The notes beneath the pieces were generated by a model that was given only the letters and a program-made list of their open reading frames with translations, did no database searches and had not been told where the DNA came from. This document shows, piece after piece, positions 1 through 8,980 of a stretch of 64,000 nucleotides of DNA. Both the position numbers and the translations under genes were made by a program. This DNA comes from an uncultured Acidobacteriota bacterium (GTDB lineage: Bacteria; Acidobacteriota; Thermoanaerobaculia; Multivoradales; UBA5704). Where the stretch lies: the NCBI GenBank assembly GCA_963700145.1, contig OY969474.1, positions 2,272,001-2,336,000 on the forward strand. The letters run 5' to 3'. How positions within the stretch are numbered: position 1 is the stretch's first letter; every line of letters begins with the position of its first letter.

Positions 1-1
1 C

Positions 2-823
2 GAGCACATCGGCGAGGAGCGGCTGGAGACCGACCCGCTGATCAGGGTCTGCCTCGAGTGCCTCTCCGCCGAGGAGCGCCAGTCCCTCGAGCGCGACCTC
101 GAGGCGGCGGCGCGGCTGCAGCGGTCGCTCCTGCCGCCGCCGCGGCTCGTCCACGGCGGCTGGGAGCTCGCCTTCCTCTGGGAGCCGCGCGGGGCGGTAT
201 CGGGCGACCACGTCGACCTCCTGCGGCCGCGACGCGACGACGAGCCGCTGCACCTCCTGCTCGGCGACGTGGTCGGCAAGGGGGTGGCAGCCTCGCTCCT
301 GCAATCGCACCTGCACGCGCTCTTCCGCGCCCTCGCCGCGCCCGACCTGCCGCTCGGCGAGCTGCTGGCGCGCGTCAACCGGCTCTTCTTCGAGGCCACG
401 ACGGGCGCGAGCTACGCCACCATGGTGGCGGCGCGGCTCCATCCCGAGGGCCGCGTCGAGCTCGCCAACGCCGGCCACCCGCGCCCGCTGCTCGCCGACG
501 CCCGCGGCGTGCGGCCGGTGGAGGGCGCCGGCCTGCCGCTCGGGCTCTTCGCCGGCAGCGGCTACGAGAGCCGCGACCTGTCGCTGCGCGGCGGCGAGAC
601 GCTCGTGGTCTACACCGACGGCTGGACCGAGGCGACGGCGGGAGACGACGAGGAGTTCGGCATCGGCCGCGCCGCGGCGGCGCTGCGGCGCGCGGCGCGG
701 CTGCCGCCCGGCGAGGTGGTGGCGGCCTGCCGGCGCGAGATGGAAGCCTTCCTCGACGGCCGGCCGCGGACGGACGACCTGACGCTGCTGGCGCTGCGGC
801 GAGCGGAAACGCCCGGCACGTAG
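2..823 (+). CDS. SpoIIE/PP2C-type Ser/Thr phosphatase with N-terminal DksA/TraR-like Zn-finger remnant (5' partial)
   Basis: Frame open from base 2: ERLETDPLIRVCLEC, then LQRSLLP, SGDHVD, GDVVGKG, NAGHP, YTDGWTE, DDLT motifs. Confidence 0.85.
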   Translation, partial: EHIGEERLETDPLIRVCLECLSAEERQSLERDLEAAARLQRSLLPPPRLVHGGWELAFLWEPRGAVSGDHVDLLRPRRDDEPLHLLLGDVVGKGVAASLLQSHLHALFRALAAPDLPLGELLARVNRLFFEATTGASYATMVAARLHPEGRVELANAGHPRPLLADARGVRPVEGAGLPLGLFAGSGYESRDLSLRGGETLVVYTDGWTEATAGDDEEFGIGRAAAALRRAARLPPGEVVAACRREMEAFLDGRPRTDDLTLLALRRAETPGT

Positions 824-835
824 GCCGGGCGCTAC
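808..835 (-). repeat. GTAG-type REP-like hairpin, copy 1
   Basis: GTAGCGCCCGGCCTACGTGCCGGGCGTT on - strand; identical copies at 1225-1252 and 34031-34058. Confidence 0.8.
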
Positions 836-1212
836 GTGTCGTCGCCGCTCAACCGGTCGATGTCGCGCCGCTCCTTCTTGGTGGGACGGCCGGCGCCCGT
901 CGCGCGGCGCATCGGCGGGCGGCGCAGCAGGCGCTCGAGCGGGTCGAGGACGGGGCGCGGCGGCGAGAGGTCCTCGTAGAGCCGCGCCGTCTCCACCTTG
1001 GGCAGCGGCCGGTCGCGCAGCTCCTTGACGACCAGGACGCGCGTCCACTCGCCCTGCTCGACCTCGACCCGGTCCTCCAGCGCCAGGTGGCGGTGGGGCT
1101 TCGCGGCTTGGCCGTTGACCTTCACCCGGCCGAGCGTGCAGGCGTGGGTGGCCTGCGAGCGCGTCTTGAAGACGCGGGCGACCTGCAGCCACTTGTCGAG
1201 GCGGACGTCCAT
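832..1212 (-). CDS. hslR: RNA-binding S4 domain protein, Hsp15 family
   Basis: MDVRLDKWLQVARVFKTRSQA...GRPTKKERR; start moved to ATG 1212. Confidence 0.85.
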   Translation of the reverse strand: MDVRLDKWLQVARVFKTRSQATHACTLGRVKVNGQAAKPHRHLALEDRVEVEQGEWTRVLVVKELRDRPLPKVETARLYEDLSPPRPVLDPLERLLRRPPMRRATGAGRPTKKERRDIDRLSGDDT

Positions 1213-1224
1213 ATGAAGAAGAAA

Positions 1225-1252
1225 AACGCCCGGCACGTAGGCCGGGCGCTAC
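1225..1252 (-). repeat. GTAG-type REP-like hairpin, copy 2
   Basis: Identical to 808-835; supplies the TAG stop of the M23 gene. Confidence 0.8.
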
Positions 1253-2640
1253 GGCTGTAAGGGCAGGGCGCGGCCGAGCTTGCGCGCCACCCGGTCCTGG
1301 ATCCAGTGCGGGTCCCACCACTCGACCGGGTTGATCGCGAGGCCGCCCAAGAGCATCGTGAAGTGGAGGTGGTCGCCGCCGGCCAGGCCCGTCTGCCCCG
1401 AGCGCCCCAGTGTCTGACCGCGCTTCACCGTCTGCCCCTGCGACACTTCGAGCGTCGAGAGATGGCCGTAGAGGCTCTGCAGGCCGTAGCCGTGGTCGAG
1501 CACCACGGCGTTGCCGAAGATCCCGAAGTAGCGGGCGAGGACGACGACGCCGGCGTTGGACGCCGGCACGGCGTCGCGCTCGACCGAGGCCATGTCGAAG
1601 CCGAGGTGGTACTGCTGGTCGACCTCCTTGCCGTTGTGGACGTAGGTGCGGTGGTCGGCGAAGGCGGCGGTGATGGCGGTGTTGGCCATCGGCAGGAAGG
1701 GCTGGTTCCAGAGGAAGCGCTTCGCCGAGCGGGCCCCCAGCTCCTTGAGCGTCTGGTTGTTCTTCTTGCGCAGCTCGCGGTTGATCGCCAGGTAGTTCGC
1801 GAGGAGGTTCCCCTTGTCGTCCACCTCCGGCGATTGGCCCATGATCTCCGGCACCACCTTGTTCATGAAGGGGTCGGTGACCTCGATCGTGTCCGTGCCC
1901 GGCGGCCGCGCCTTGAACTGGTCGATGAAGCCGACCGCGGCCTCGTTGCCGACGTCGTCGATCGCCACCAGGCGGATCTCGGCCGGGTCGGCGAGGTCGT
2001 AGGGGATGCCGAAGAGGGCGAAGCGCGTCCCCTTGCCGGCGCCGGGGAGCGGATGCCCGGGGAACCACCAGGCGCCGGAGCGCACGCCGTCGCGCACCGC
2101 CGTCGGCCCGACCTGGTAGACGACGCACTCCGAGCCCCCCTGCGCCGCGAAGTGGTGGAGCGAGGCGACGCCGAGGACCGGCGGCGCCAGGCGCACCGGC
2201 AACTCGACCTCCTCGACCACCGGCGGCGGCGTGCGCGCCCAGCTGCCGGTGCGCTCGACGGTGACCCGTACGGTCGCCGGCCCGGAGCGCAGCCCCTTGA
2301 CCGTGTCGCGCCCGACGCCGACGGTCACGGTCTCGGGCTTGCCGCCGCCGAAGGGGTTCCACCCCGAGCGGGGCGTGAACGTCCGCTCGGCAACCGGCAC
2401 CGCCTTCCCCTGCTGCACCACCTCTACCCGCAGCGCCGTGGCGCGGCCGGCGTCGTCGAGCGCGATCTCGATCGGCGTGTTGCGGCCGATGCCGGGGAGC
2501 TTCGGCTTGATCGTGACGTCCGGGGCGCCGCCCACCCAGAAGGCAGTCGCCGCGGCCAGCGCCGCGACCAGCAGCGCGGCCGCCATGAGCCCGCGCACGA
2601 AGCACCCCTTGGTCTGTTTCCGTCGATCGCGCCGCGACAT
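1249..2640 (-). CDS. M23 family metallopeptidase
   Basis: N-terminal TM anchor; HLGFD, YGHLS and GDHLHF motifs. Confidence 0.9.
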   Translation of the reverse strand: MSRRDRRKQTKGCFVRGLMAAALLVAALAAATAFWVGGAPDVTIKPKLPGIGRNTPIEIALDDAGRATALRVEVVQQGKAVPVAERTFTPRSGWNPFGGGKPETVTVGVGRDTVKGLRSGPATVRVTVERTGSWARTPPPVVEEVELPVRLAPPVLGVASLHHFAAQGGSECVVYQVGPTAVRDGVRSGAWWFPGHPLPGAGKGTRFALFGIPYDLADPAEIRLVAIDDVGNEAAVGFIDQFKARPPGTDTIEVTDPFMNKVVPEIMGQSPEVDDKGNLLANYLAINRELRKKNNQTLKELGARSAKRFLWNQPFLPMANTAITAAFADHRTYVHNGKEVDQQYHLGFDMASVERDAVPASNAGVVVLARYFGIFGNAVVLDHGYGLQSLYGHLSTLEVSQGQTVKRGQTLGRSGQTGLAGGDHLHFTMLLGGLAINPVEWWDPHWIQDRVARKLGRALPLQP

Positions 2641-2679
2641 GGCGGCGCATCGTAGCAAAGCGCCTGCCCGGCGCCGGGT

Positions 2680-3201
2680 TCAGGAGGAGGGGCGCAGCAC
2701 CGCGCGGTAGGCTCGCCAGGCGGCGCGGGCGGCGGCGAGGTCTGCCGGCGCGAGGTCCAGCTCGCTCGCCACGCGGCGGATCGCGTCGTCCTCGACGCCC
2801 GAGATCGAGTCGTCGGCGGCCGAGACCGCGAAGAGGCAGTCGAGCAGCTCGCGGCACTGCTCGCGCGTCGCGATCTGCTTGAACTCGCGGGTGACCAGGA
2901 AGTCCTCGGTGCCGGCGTCGGCGTGCGCCCGCGCCTTGGCGATCGCCACCGCCAGCACTGCCTGCGCCTCCGGCAGGTGGCCGCGGTCGACCAGGACGCG
3001 CTCCATGCGGTGCGTCTCCTGCTCGGAGATGGCGAGGTCGGCGTGGGCGACGCGCGCCAGGACGTAGGCGAAGGCGGCGACGTAACGCGCCCGCTCCGGC
3101 GGCAGCGCCTCGAGGCGGCGGACGATCTCGCGCACGGTGTCGGTCTCGCCCGCGGGGTCCGCGGGCCGATTCCCACCCAGCAAATCGCGCAGAGAAAGCA
3201 T
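2680..3201 (-). CDS. TerB family (tellurite resistance-like) protein
   Basis: LARVAHAD..ISEQE and LFAVSAADDSIS..E..IRRVASEL. Confidence 0.8.
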   Translation of the reverse strand: MLSLRDLLGGNRPADPAGETDTVREIVRRLEALPPERARYVAAFAYVLARVAHADLAISEQETHRMERVLVDRGHLPEAQAVLAVAIAKARAHADAGTEDFLVTREFKQIATREQCRELLDCLFAVSAADDSISGVEDDAIRRVASELDLAPADLAAARAAWRAYRAVLRPSS

Positions 3202-3232
3202 CGGCTGACGCCGGAGCATAGCAAGGCGTCGA

Positions 3233-3261
3233 TTGACAGCGGCGGCGCTGCCGTCTACACT
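3233..3261 (+). promoter_or_regulatory. sigma70-type promoter of the S8 protease gene
   Basis: TTGACA-N17-TACACT about 100 bp upstream of ATG 3364. Confidence 0.65.
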
Positions 3262-3363
3262 TCACGCGCTCCAGGAAATCCGAATGCCGTTATTCGGCTC
3301 GTCGGTTCGGGCCGTTGCCAAGTGTGTGTAAACGGTTCATCCCTACCCAAGGAGAGCACACGG

Positions 3364-4701
3364 ATGTCTAAGAGAGCAGTTCTGATGATGGTCTGCCTGC
3401 TGTTGGTCGCGGGTGCGGCTTCGGCCGAGCAGTACGTCCTCAACGCCAACGGCAACTGGAAGGCGAGCCATAGCGCCGCCGTCGCCGCCGCCGGCGGCAC
3501 CATCGACTGGTCGCACGGCAAGACGGGCCTGGGCGCCGTCACCTCGAGCAACCCCAACTTCCTCGCCAACCTGGCCGCCATCGGCGGCTTCTCGAGCGCC
3601 GCCCCCGACATGGTGGTCCAGTGGCAGGAGCCGACCGCCATCGAGGAGCTCGCGGTCAACCCCGCCGACGACACCTTCTACCCGCTGCAGTGGGCTCCCC
3701 CGGCGATCGACGCTCCCGCCGCCTGGGCCGCCGGCTGCACCGGCGACGGCGTGCGCGTGGCGGTCATCGACGGCGGCATCTACGCCGCGCACGAAGACCT
3801 CGACGCCAACGTCGACGTCGCCTGCTCGCGCTCGTTCGTGCCGGGCTTTGCCTTCAACCAGGACGTCGGCACCTTCTGGCACGGCACGCACGTGGCCGGT
3901 ATCGTCGCCGCCGAGGACAACAACGTCGGCGTCGTCGGCATCGCTCCCGACGCGACGATCGTCGGCGCCAAGGCGCTGCACAACGGCTCGGGCAGCTTCG
4001 GGGCGGTCATCGGCGCCATCCTCTACGCCTCCGACCCGGCCGCCTTCGGCGGCGCCGGCTGCGCCAAGGCCGACATCATCAACATGAGCCTCGGCGCCGG
4101 CTTCAACAAGAACCAGCCGGGCGCCGGCCCGCTGGTCGCCGCCATGGCGAAGGCGAACAACTTCGCCGCCAGCAACGGCGTCCTGGTCATCTCGGCCGCC
4201 GGCAACAACGGCCTCGACCTCGGCCAGTTCGGCAACGTCACCTTCGTGCCGTGCGAGTCCGGCAGCGGCGCCTGCGTCTCCGCCACCGGCCCGCTCGCTT
4301 GGGCCTACGGCAACACCGACTTCTCCCGCCCCGCCTCCTACAGCAACTACGGCGAGGGCACGATCTGGGTGGCCGGCCCCGGCGGCGACTTCGCCTACCC
4401 GGGCAACGAGAACTGCACGATGCCGACTGCCACCGGCACGATCACCCGCCCCTGCTGGGTGTTCGACATGGTGATGTCCACCGCCCGCGGCACGGTCGCC
4501 ACCGGCGGCTACTCCTGGGCGGCCGGCACCAGCATGGCGTCGCCCGCGGCCGCGGCCGTGGCGGCGATCATCAAGGGCGCCAACCCGGGGCTCTCCATGG
4601 GCGCGCTCAAGGCCGCTCTCGCGCAGTCGGCCACCAACGAAGGCGCGCACGAGTTCTACGGTCACGGCTGGGTCAACGCGGCCAACGCCTGCAGCCAGTA
4701 G
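3364..4701 (+). CDS. Secreted subtilisin-like S8 serine peptidase
   Basis: Signal peptide; VAVIDGG, HGTHVAG, AAGN, GTSMASP; AGGAG RBS. Confidence 0.92.
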   Translation: MSKRAVLMMVCLLLVAGAASAEQYVLNANGNWKASHSAAVAAAGGTIDWSHGKTGLGAVTSSNPNFLANLAAIGGFSSAAPDMVVQWQEPTAIEELAVNPADDTFYPLQWAPPAIDAPAAWAAGCTGDGVRVAVIDGGIYAAHEDLDANVDVACSRSFVPGFAFNQDVGTFWHGTHVAGIVAAEDNNVGVVGIAPDATIVGAKALHNGSGSFGAVIGAILYASDPAAFGGAGCAKADIINMSLGAGFNKNQPGAGPLVAAMAKANNFAASNGVLVISAAGNNGLDLGQFGNVTFVPCESGSGACVSATGPLAWAYGNTDFSRPASYSNYGEGTIWVAGPGGDFAYPGNENCTMPTATGTITRPCWVFDMVMSTARGTVATGGYSWAAGTSMASPAAAAVAAIIKGANPGLSMGALKAALAQSATNEGAHEFYGHGWVNAANACSQ

Positions 4702-4756
4702 GCCCTCGGGTTGCCAGCCGAGTAAGATTGACAAGTTGTTCTGTTGATTGAGTTTC

Positions 4757-4788
4757 CGAGGGGGGCGCAAGCCCCCCTCGAGCTTTTC
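4757..4788 (+). terminator. Intrinsic terminator
   Basis: CGAGGGGGGC-GCAA-GCCCCCCTCG hairpin followed by TTTT. Confidence 0.65.
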
Positions 4789-4937
4789 AAGCCCGCCGCT
4801 TCGCGCCCGGAATAGCCCCTCCCGGGCGGCTGTTACACTCCGCGGTCACCACAAGCGATGTAACCAGCCGTGAGCGGCTGCCAAGCCGCCAGAGCCCTCG
4901 ACTCGCGAAGCGTTACTCCGGAGGTAGAAGAGGACCC

Positions 4938-7166
4938 ATGTCGTTGCGCCGGATCGCTCTCCTCACGCTCCTCTCCCTCCCCGTCAGCCTGTCCTTGCTC
5001 TGCAGCGCTCCCACCCGGAGCGGCGCCGACCCGGTCGCGCCGCCGCAGCGGCTGGCCCCGGCCGCCGCCGGGCTGGACGCCGCGCCCTATCGCGACGCCG
5101 CCGAGGCCCTACGCAAGGGCGATGCCACGCGGGCTCAGAAGCTCCTCGCCCGCGCCGCCGCCGGCCGGCCCTCCCGGATGAAGGAGGCCTTCCGCCTCGC
5201 CGGCCTCTACGCCTATGCCGCCGGCGCCACCGCCGAGGCCGCGGAGCTCCTGGCTGCGGCCCCCGCCGGGGGCCCGCTGGAGGACTGGCGGCTCTACCTG
5301 CTCGCCGAGACCGCCCGCGAACGGGACGACGACGCGACCGCCGCCGAAGCCTACCGCCAGCTCCTCGCCACCTGCCCCGGCTCGCCGCTGCGGCCCCAGG
5401 CCTACCTGGCCGCCGCCCGCCTGGCCGACGCGGACGACGACAGCCGCGCCGTCCTCGACCTCGTCGAGGCGGCGCGCGCCGAGCGGGTCGAAGGGGAGGC
5501 CGCGACCGAGCTCGAGAGCCTGGCCTGGCGCATCGGCCGCCGGCTGGACGACGCCGCCGTGCGCGAGGAGTCGGCCCGCCGCCTGCTCGTCGAGTCCCCC
5601 TTCGCCGCCGGCAAGCTCCGTGTCGCCGACACCTTCCGCGCCTTCGACGGCTCGCTGGCGCTTGGCGAGGTCCTCTCGGCCGACGAGGTCAAGCGCCGCG
5701 CCCACAGCTTCCTCGACGGCCAGGAGCTGCCCAAGGCCGCCCTCTCCGTGCTGGAGGGGCTGCCGGAGGGGTCGCGCGACCTCGAATGGCACCTGCTCAA
5801 GGCGCGGGCGCTGACCGGCTCGAACCGCGGCGGCGAGGCCCTCGCCCTCCTCGAGCCGCTGGCCGCCGAGGGGCGGCCGCTCTCGGCCCGCCTGGAGGTG
5901 GCGCGCTCGCTGGCCACCGCCGAGCTGGCCGGGCGGGACCGCGGCGCCGCCCGCCGCGAGCTCCTGCGCACCTCGCATCGGCACCTCACCCGGGCCGCGC
6001 GCCTGGTCGAGGCGAGCCCGGAGCTCTCCGAGCTGCGCGCCGAGGAGCTGCGCTCGCTGCACGAGGACTTCCTCGACGCCGACCTCTTCGACCAGGCGAT
6101 CGACGCCCTGCGCATCCTCCGGCTCGTCGAGCCGCACGACACGACCGGCGCGCGCACCCTCTGGGAGCGCGGCTGGCGCGAGTACCGGAACGGCAACCCG
6201 ACCGGCGCCATCGGCACCTGGACGGTCCTCGCCGAGATCTATCCCGAGCACTCGGACGCGCAGCGCGGCTCCTATTGGAAGGCGCGCGCCTTCGAGGAGC
6301 TGGGGCAGCCGGGGCGGGCGCGCGACATCTACCGCCAGCTCGTGGCCGCCTCCGACACGATGGACTTCTACAGCCGCCGCGCACTCGACCGGCTCGGCCG
6401 CGAGGCCTGGGACAGCGGCGTGCGGACGGTTTCGGCCGCGGCCGCCGGCGCCTGGGAGATCGACCCGCTCCTGGTCCGCGCCAAGCTCCTGACCGACCTC
6501 GGCCTCGACGACCTCGCCACGCGCGAGATGGAGCTGGTCGGCGACCGCGCCGAGACCCAGGACCGACTGGCCCTGCGCGCCGTCATCCTCGGCCGCGGGG
6601 GCGAGGAGGCGCGGAGCCTCCTCATGCTGCGCGCCGCCTTCCCGGCCCTCGGCGGGCCGCGCCAGGCCGGCGTGCCGGCCGAGATCCTGCGCGCCTACTA
6701 CCCGCTGGAGTACGGCGACGAGATCCGCGCCGCCGCCCGCGCCAACCGGCTGGCCCCGGCGCTCGTCGCCGGCATCATCCGCCAGGAGAGCGCCTTCGAC
6801 CGCAAGGCGACGAGCCGCGTCGGCGCCAAGGGGCTGATGCAGCTCATGCCCGCCACGGCGCGCGAGATGTCGCGCAAGCTGGGCATGGACTACCACCCCT
6901 CGCGGCTCGAGGACCCGGAGGTCAATCTCCAGCTCGGCGCCGCCTACCTGCGCCAGCTGATCGACGAGTTCGACGGCAACGTCGAGCTGGCGGTGGCCTC
7001 CTACAACGGCGGCCCCAACCGCATCCGCCGGCTGTGGAAGGAGAACGGCGGCGGCGAGCTGGACTCCTTCGTCGAGACGATGACCCTCGACGAGTCGCGC
7101 GACTACGTCAAGCGCGTCCTGGTCCTCGCCGACAGCTACCGCCAGCTCTACCCGCTGGCGAGCTAG
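4938..7166 (+). CDS. slt: Soluble lytic transglycosylase, Slt70-like (TPR + SLT)
   Basis: IIRQESAF, GAKGLMQLMP, ASYNGGP, ESRDYVKRV. Confidence 0.9.
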   Translation: MSLRRIALLTLLSLPVSLSLLCSAPTRSGADPVAPPQRLAPAAAGLDAAPYRDAAEALRKGDATRAQKLLARAAAGRPSRMKEAFRLAGLYAYAAGATAEAAELLAAAPAGGPLEDWRLYLLAETARERDDDATAAEAYRQLLATCPGSPLRPQAYLAAARLADADDDSRAVLDLVEAARAERVEGEAATELESLAWRIGRRLDDAAVREESARRLLVESPFAAGKLRVADTFRAFDGSLALGEVLSADEVKRRAHSFLDGQELPKAALSVLEGLPEGSRDLEWHLLKARALTGSNRGGEALALLEPLAAEGRPLSARLEVARSLATAELAGRDRGAARRELLRTSHRHLTRAARLVEASPELSELRAEELRSLHEDFLDADLFDQAIDALRILRLVEPHDTTGARTLWERGWREYRNGNPTGAIGTWTVLAEIYPEHSDAQRGSYWKARAFEELGQPGRARDIYRQLVAASDTMDFYSRRALDRLGREAWDSGVRTVSAAAAGAWEIDPLLVRAKLLTDLGLDDLATREMELVGDRAETQDRLALRAVILGRGGEEARSLLMLRAAFPALGGPRQAGVPAEILRAYYPLEYGDEIRAAARANRLAPALVAGIIRQESAFDRKATSRVGAKGLMQLMPATAREMSRKLGMDYHPSRLEDPEVNLQLGAAYLRQLIDEFDGNVELAVASYNGGPNRIRRLWKENGGGELDSFVETMTLDESRDYVKRVLVLADSYRQLYPLAS

Positions 7167-7193
7167 CATTAGCCACACCCAAAGGAGGACCGC

Positions 7194-7637
7194 ATGACGA
7201 CGAGCGTGGAAGCGCGCAACATGGAGCTGATGCAGACGCTGGACGACGCTTGGAACGCTCAGGACCTGGAGATCTTCCGCGCGCGCCACAAGCCCGACGT
7301 GGTCGTGCGCTGGCCGGGACAACCCGATCCGACGGTGGGGATCGAGGACCATGCCGCCGAGTCGATCGCGTTCTGGAAGACGTTTCCCGATCAGAAGCTC
7401 GACAACCGGCCGTATCGCGTGTTTTTCGCGTCAGGCGACTGGACCTGCTCGATCGCCCGCTTCCGCGGCACGATGAAAGGGCCGATGGTCGTGGGCGGCA
7501 AGGAGATCCCACCGACCGGCAAGTCGTTCGAGGTGGACTTCTACACGATTGCCAAGTGGAACGACGGTCAGATCGTGGAGGAAAACCTCATGTACGACCT
7601 GGTGGGGTTCCTCAAGCAGATCGGCCTGAGCGAATAG
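7194..7637 (+). CDS. SnoaL-like ester cyclase family protein
   Basis: FPD, GTMKG, IPPTGKSFEV; strong AGGAGG RBS. Confidence 0.8.
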   Translation: MTTSVEARNMELMQTLDDAWNAQDLEIFRARHKPDVVVRWPGQPDPTVGIEDHAAESIAFWKTFPDQKLDNRPYRVFFASGDWTCSIARFRGTMKGPMVVGGKEIPPTGKSFEVDFYTIAKWNDGQIVEENLMYDLVGFLKQIGLSE

Positions 7638-7644
7638 GTCGTCG

Positions 7645-8301
7645 TCAGCGCTCCGCCGGTCGCCGCGCGCCGCTCGCCATCGGCAGGCTCCACCCGCGCC
7701 GCAACGCCGCGATCCGGATGACGAAGCAGAGAGCGGCGCCCGCCAACGCCACCGGCGCGGCGGGCAGCGGGAGCCAGTGCCCCGCTACCACGACCGCGGC
7801 GCCGGCGAGCGCCGCGAGCGCGTAGAGCTCCGACCGCAGCACCGTCGGGATCTCGCTGACCAGGGTGTCGCGCAACATGCCGCCTCCGATCCCCGTCAGC
7901 ATGCCGAGGAGCGCGGCAACGACGGGATGGAGCCCGAAGCCCAACGCCTTCTGGGTACCCGAGACGGCGAAGAGCGCCAGCCCGGCCGCGTCGAAGACCA
8001 GGATCGGATTGCGCAGACGTTCGATGCCCGGATGGCCCCAGAACGTGATCAAGCCGGCCGCCAACGCGACCGTGACGTAGAGCCACCCGGCGAGCGCGGC
8101 CGGAGGCACGGCGCCGATCAGCACGTCGCGGATCAGGCCCCCTCCGACGCCCGCGACGACCGCGAGCACGCACACGCCGAAGACGTCGAGGCGGTGCTTC
8201 ACGCCCACCGCCGCGCCGCTGACTGCGAACACTGCCGTGCCGGCGAGATCGAGGGCGAGCAGGAGGGAGCCGGCTGTAACCGGCCCGGGCGACGGATTCA
8301 C
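7645..8301 (-). CDS. Trimeric intracellular cation channel family (UPF0126) protein
   Basis: Duplicated GGGxIRD motif; DAAGLALF. Confidence 0.88.
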   Translation of the reverse strand: MNPSPGPVTAGSLLLALDLAGTAVFAVSGAAVGVKHRLDVFGVCVLAVVAGVGGGLIRDVLIGAVPPAALAGWLYVTVALAAGLITFWGHPGIERLRNPILVFDAAGLALFAVSGTQKALGFGLHPVVAALLGMLTGIGGGMLRDTLVSEIPTVLRSELYALAALAGAAVVVAGHWLPLPAAPVALAGAALCFVIRIAALRRGWSLPMASGARRPAER

Positions 8302-8424
8302 GTGAGCTCGGCCGAGGTAATCCTAACCGGAGAAGGTGGCGTAACGCCCGCCAGAAGCCCCGGAATGTCCCTGGGAGACCTTCAGACGCCCCGGTGGAGC
8401 CTCCCAATGTCCTCCCGGGACCCT

Positions 8425-8655
8425 CGGAACCTCCTGCGCGCTCTTCGGAACCTGTTGCGCGACGCCGGGAACCCATTGCGCGACGCCGGGAATGGGTTGC
8501 GCGCGCTGCGGAACCTATTCCGAGGCGCTCGGAAAGGGTTCCCGGCGCTCCGCAACCCATTCCCCGGCCCGCGCAACCCATTCCCACGCCCCGGGAAAGG
8601 GTTCCGAAGCCGCCGCAACCAGTTCCACGCCTCCCGCAGGCCATTGGACGCCGCC
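8425..8655. repeat. Degenerate 21-bp tandem array with palindromic core SGSAA-N4-TTSCS
   Basis: About 11 units, e.g. CGGAACCTATTCCGAGGCGCT and GGGAACCCATTGCGCGACGCC. Confidence 0.8.
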
Positions 8656-8839
8656 TGGAGGCGCGTCGCCGCCGCTCGGCGGGCGTTGCGGAGCGTCGCA
8701 CCCTAAATCCCCAACGACCCGGAAGCCCGCCCTGCGCGTCCGCTACACGCGCTGGGCACGGACGGCGGCGTGAGCCGCCGCTTGCGTTTGATCCCGAACG
8801 GCATCCACCAGAGCCAGACGCCGCTCAGCCTCCGAGGGT

Positions 8840-8878
8840 AAATAAAGCCCCGGCGGTCGCGCCAACGATCACCGGGGC
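8840..8878 (-). terminator. Intrinsic terminator, minus strand
   Basis: GCCCCGG...CCGGGGC stem followed by TTTATTT. Confidence 0.65.
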
Positions 8879-8980
8879 GTGGACTCGCCCGACCGAAGTC
8901 GAGCTCGCCAGCATCTGCATTGTTGCTCTCAGTCAGTATTTTTACAAGGGCTGCGAGCCGCTTCTTCTAGAACAGCTCTC

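Noticed and set aside
8880-8945. Hammerhead ribozyme or fluoride riboswitch near ClC
   Set aside because: CUGANGA/GAAA core and crcB consensus are not present
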